From: Octopus sinensis
Lineage: Eukaryota
Direction of reading: 5' to 3'
Assembly: GCF_006345805.1 (NCBI RefSeq)
Contig: NC_043013.1
Location: forward strand, 24,118,001-24,182,000
Length of the DNA stretch: 64,000 bases
In this document: positions 62,000-64,000 of the stretch, in pieces
Numbering within the stretch: the first letter of the stretch is position 1
Layout: every line of letters starts with the position of its first letter
Made by a program: the position numbers and the translations under genes
The notes under the pieces: model-generated
Databases searched by the model: none
Told to the model about the DNA's origin: nothing
Seen by the model: only the letters and a program-made list of their open reading frames with translations

Positions 62000-63290
62000 A
62001 ATCAACCGAACAAGTTCTGATCCATAGGTCCATTTTCCCAGTTATGTTTTCGCCAAACTGAGGACCATGCTGCCTCCTCCGATATTCAATAATGAATTGT
62101 ATAAGATAACAGTGACAAGCTGAGCGCATGGTATTCTCTGCTTTGTACGCTCGCATATTCTGGTGGTAGCCACAGCGGCGGTCACTGCACTAACAAACTG
62201 CGTATATTATTGTGTGTTCTCTCAAGTTTTTTTTTTTAACTTTCAATGTGAGTCTGTGGTTGCTGAACATTTATGCGCCGAATAATTTCCTTTTCTGTGC
62301 TCTATGTGTATGCTGTTGAGTGTGACGGTTGCTTGTATTTGATGTTCGTTGGCGTTGCTCGTAAGAACGGAAAGTGATAAGTGATGCTTTCAATCTATCG
62401 TTGTAGAGCCATGTTTCTTGGTAAATGAAATAGCGTTGGTGAAGTTATGGAAAAGTATATGAATAATAATGGTGGAAAAGATGTGAATGCCTTGTTAGCT
62501 GTGTATGAAACTGTCTGCATGTTTTGCAGCGGTGCGCAGAGATAGTGTAGGTATAGGTTGGAAAGAGTGGGTAAGTGAACGAACCCTTGTAGTACTCCAG
62601 TTGAGAATTACTGCTTTTGGAAGTATTGTTCTTGTAATACTACAGAGGCTTTTGGCCAGAGACAAATAGCTTGCCAGTCAAAGTTTTATGTTGTTTCCTA
62701 AGATAGGGTTGAGTATTGTTTTGAATGAGTAACAAGAAAGAAATGGAGTCAAGAGCTTTGCTGATGTCAATGGTTGTTAGAATGTTAAGTGTCGGAGACT
62801 TTTAGTTGTTGAAATCATTGTGTATTTTCTGTGATATGTTTGAAAGTGGTTGAGTGTAATAGTTTGAACCTGTGATCTAGAGATATGAATGCGTGGATTA
62901 AAGAAGTCAAGGATTAGCTATTTCTGGAATCTCCGAGAGAGTGCACAGGAGTGATAAGTGTGTATGAAATTGTTTCACTTAAGTTTTTGTTGGTCTTTAG
63001 AATAGTTACAATTTTACTCAATTCCTGGTAATTCTGAGAATTTGTAAGGAATCATGGGTTTATGTTTAAGATTTGTTTGGCCTGAGACGTTTGAACTTTA
63101 TAGATTTTTTACAGCCTTATGAATGCCTGGTGGGAGTGAATCGTAGGGTAGTTTGCAAGTTGTTCTCTTGTCTACTTTATAATTCTTGGTGACTGATTTT
63201 CGAGCTATCTCTGATAAAGCTCGTTTATTTGTTGTAGCATGTGTTAAATATTTGAAGTTGTTATGTGACAAGGTGTTTGGTATATCCATT
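62000..63290 (-). mobile_element. Degenerate non-LTR RT remnant (Jockey/I/L2-like, clade not resolved)
   Basis: Minus-strand TIDISKALDSI and GVLQGFVHLPTLSNLY resemble RT subdomains 3 and 4. Confidence 0.55.
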
Positions 63291-63451
63291 GTTATTATTA
63301 TTGATGCTACGTAAATACTCTCTCTGTCTTTTTCTCTCCCTCCCTCCCCCTCTCACTCTTTCTCTCTCTCTCCCTCTAGTGTCTGACTGGTAGATTTGTA
63401 GGTTATATTCGATACAAATGTTTATTAATTTTCTGTTCTTTTTATATTTTA

Positions 63452-64000
63452 TTAGATGCCAAGAACCCTCCTAAGTATTTTAGCTGTCCCTGATAACACT
63501 GTTTACTGCAGCTGTACTAAACTGGATTTTCATGTCTGTTTCTTCTATCCATCTGTTCAAATCCTTAGGGATAGTTCCCAATGCACCTATAACTACTGGG
63601 ATACATTTAATCTGCACACTTTCCATTGTCTCTGTAATTCAATGGTCAGATCCTGGTGCTTTGCTATCTTCTCTCTACCTCTCATATTGATTTTTTAAAA
63701 TCATTTGGGACTGCAAAGTCAATCATCTGGCGCTTACTATTCTCTTTATCTACTTCTACTACTGCTGCTGTTACAACAACAACTACTACTACTACTACTA
63801 GTAGTAGTAGTAGTAGTAAATAAGGCCCTCTAGCGTCTATTACACTGCCAGTCTCAATGTTAAAGTCCCACAACAACTTATATTTCTTACTTTCTAGTAC
63901 TTCACTAGGTTCATGTTCATACCATTTATCAGTACGTTCAAATCCTAGCTTTCTACATAACTCCCAGTTGTCATGTCTTTTGTATTCTTTCTGTGCGAGC
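63452..64000 (-). mobile_element. R4/Dong-like LINE 3' end (RLE domain), running off the window
   Basis: Minus-strand LWDFNIET, MIDFAVPND, VVIGALGTIPK and ILRRVLGI* motifs. Confidence 0.8.

Noticed and set aside
63755-63820. (CTA)n(GTA)n palindrome
   Set aside because: A simple-repeat expansion inside the Dong remnant. Hairpin potential alone does not indicate function.

Overview
AT-rich, repeat-dense eukaryotic genomic DNA, probably from an octopus or related coleoid cephalopod (inferred from recalled SINE families, not proven). The only host gene I can support is the 3' part of cytosolic methionyl-tRNA synthetase (MARS1): seven + strand exons between 959 and 11341, all GT-AG, joining into one 277-codon frame that ends in a WHEP domain. 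The remaining ~52 kb is transposon-derived: tRNA-headed SINEs, RTE LINE remnants, Penelope-like elements (PLEs), a near-intact R4/Dong-type LINE in (TAA)n tracts, non-autonomous Helitrons, mariner and maT (DD37D) remnants, MITEs and microsatellites. Three patterns stand out. (1) Several minimal hammerhead-ribozyme motifs linked to PLE termini, some with non-canonical cores (U3-A8, U4C). (2) Head-to-tail ORF1-only retroelements (RRM-like motif plus CCHC knuckle, no RT) whose 3' tail matches that of a local SINE family. (3) A stacked array of (TAA)n-targeted insertions that includes a non-coding passenger element. No true tRNA gene, rRNA gene or CRISPR array was found. TE boundaries were read by eye and are approximate unless stated.
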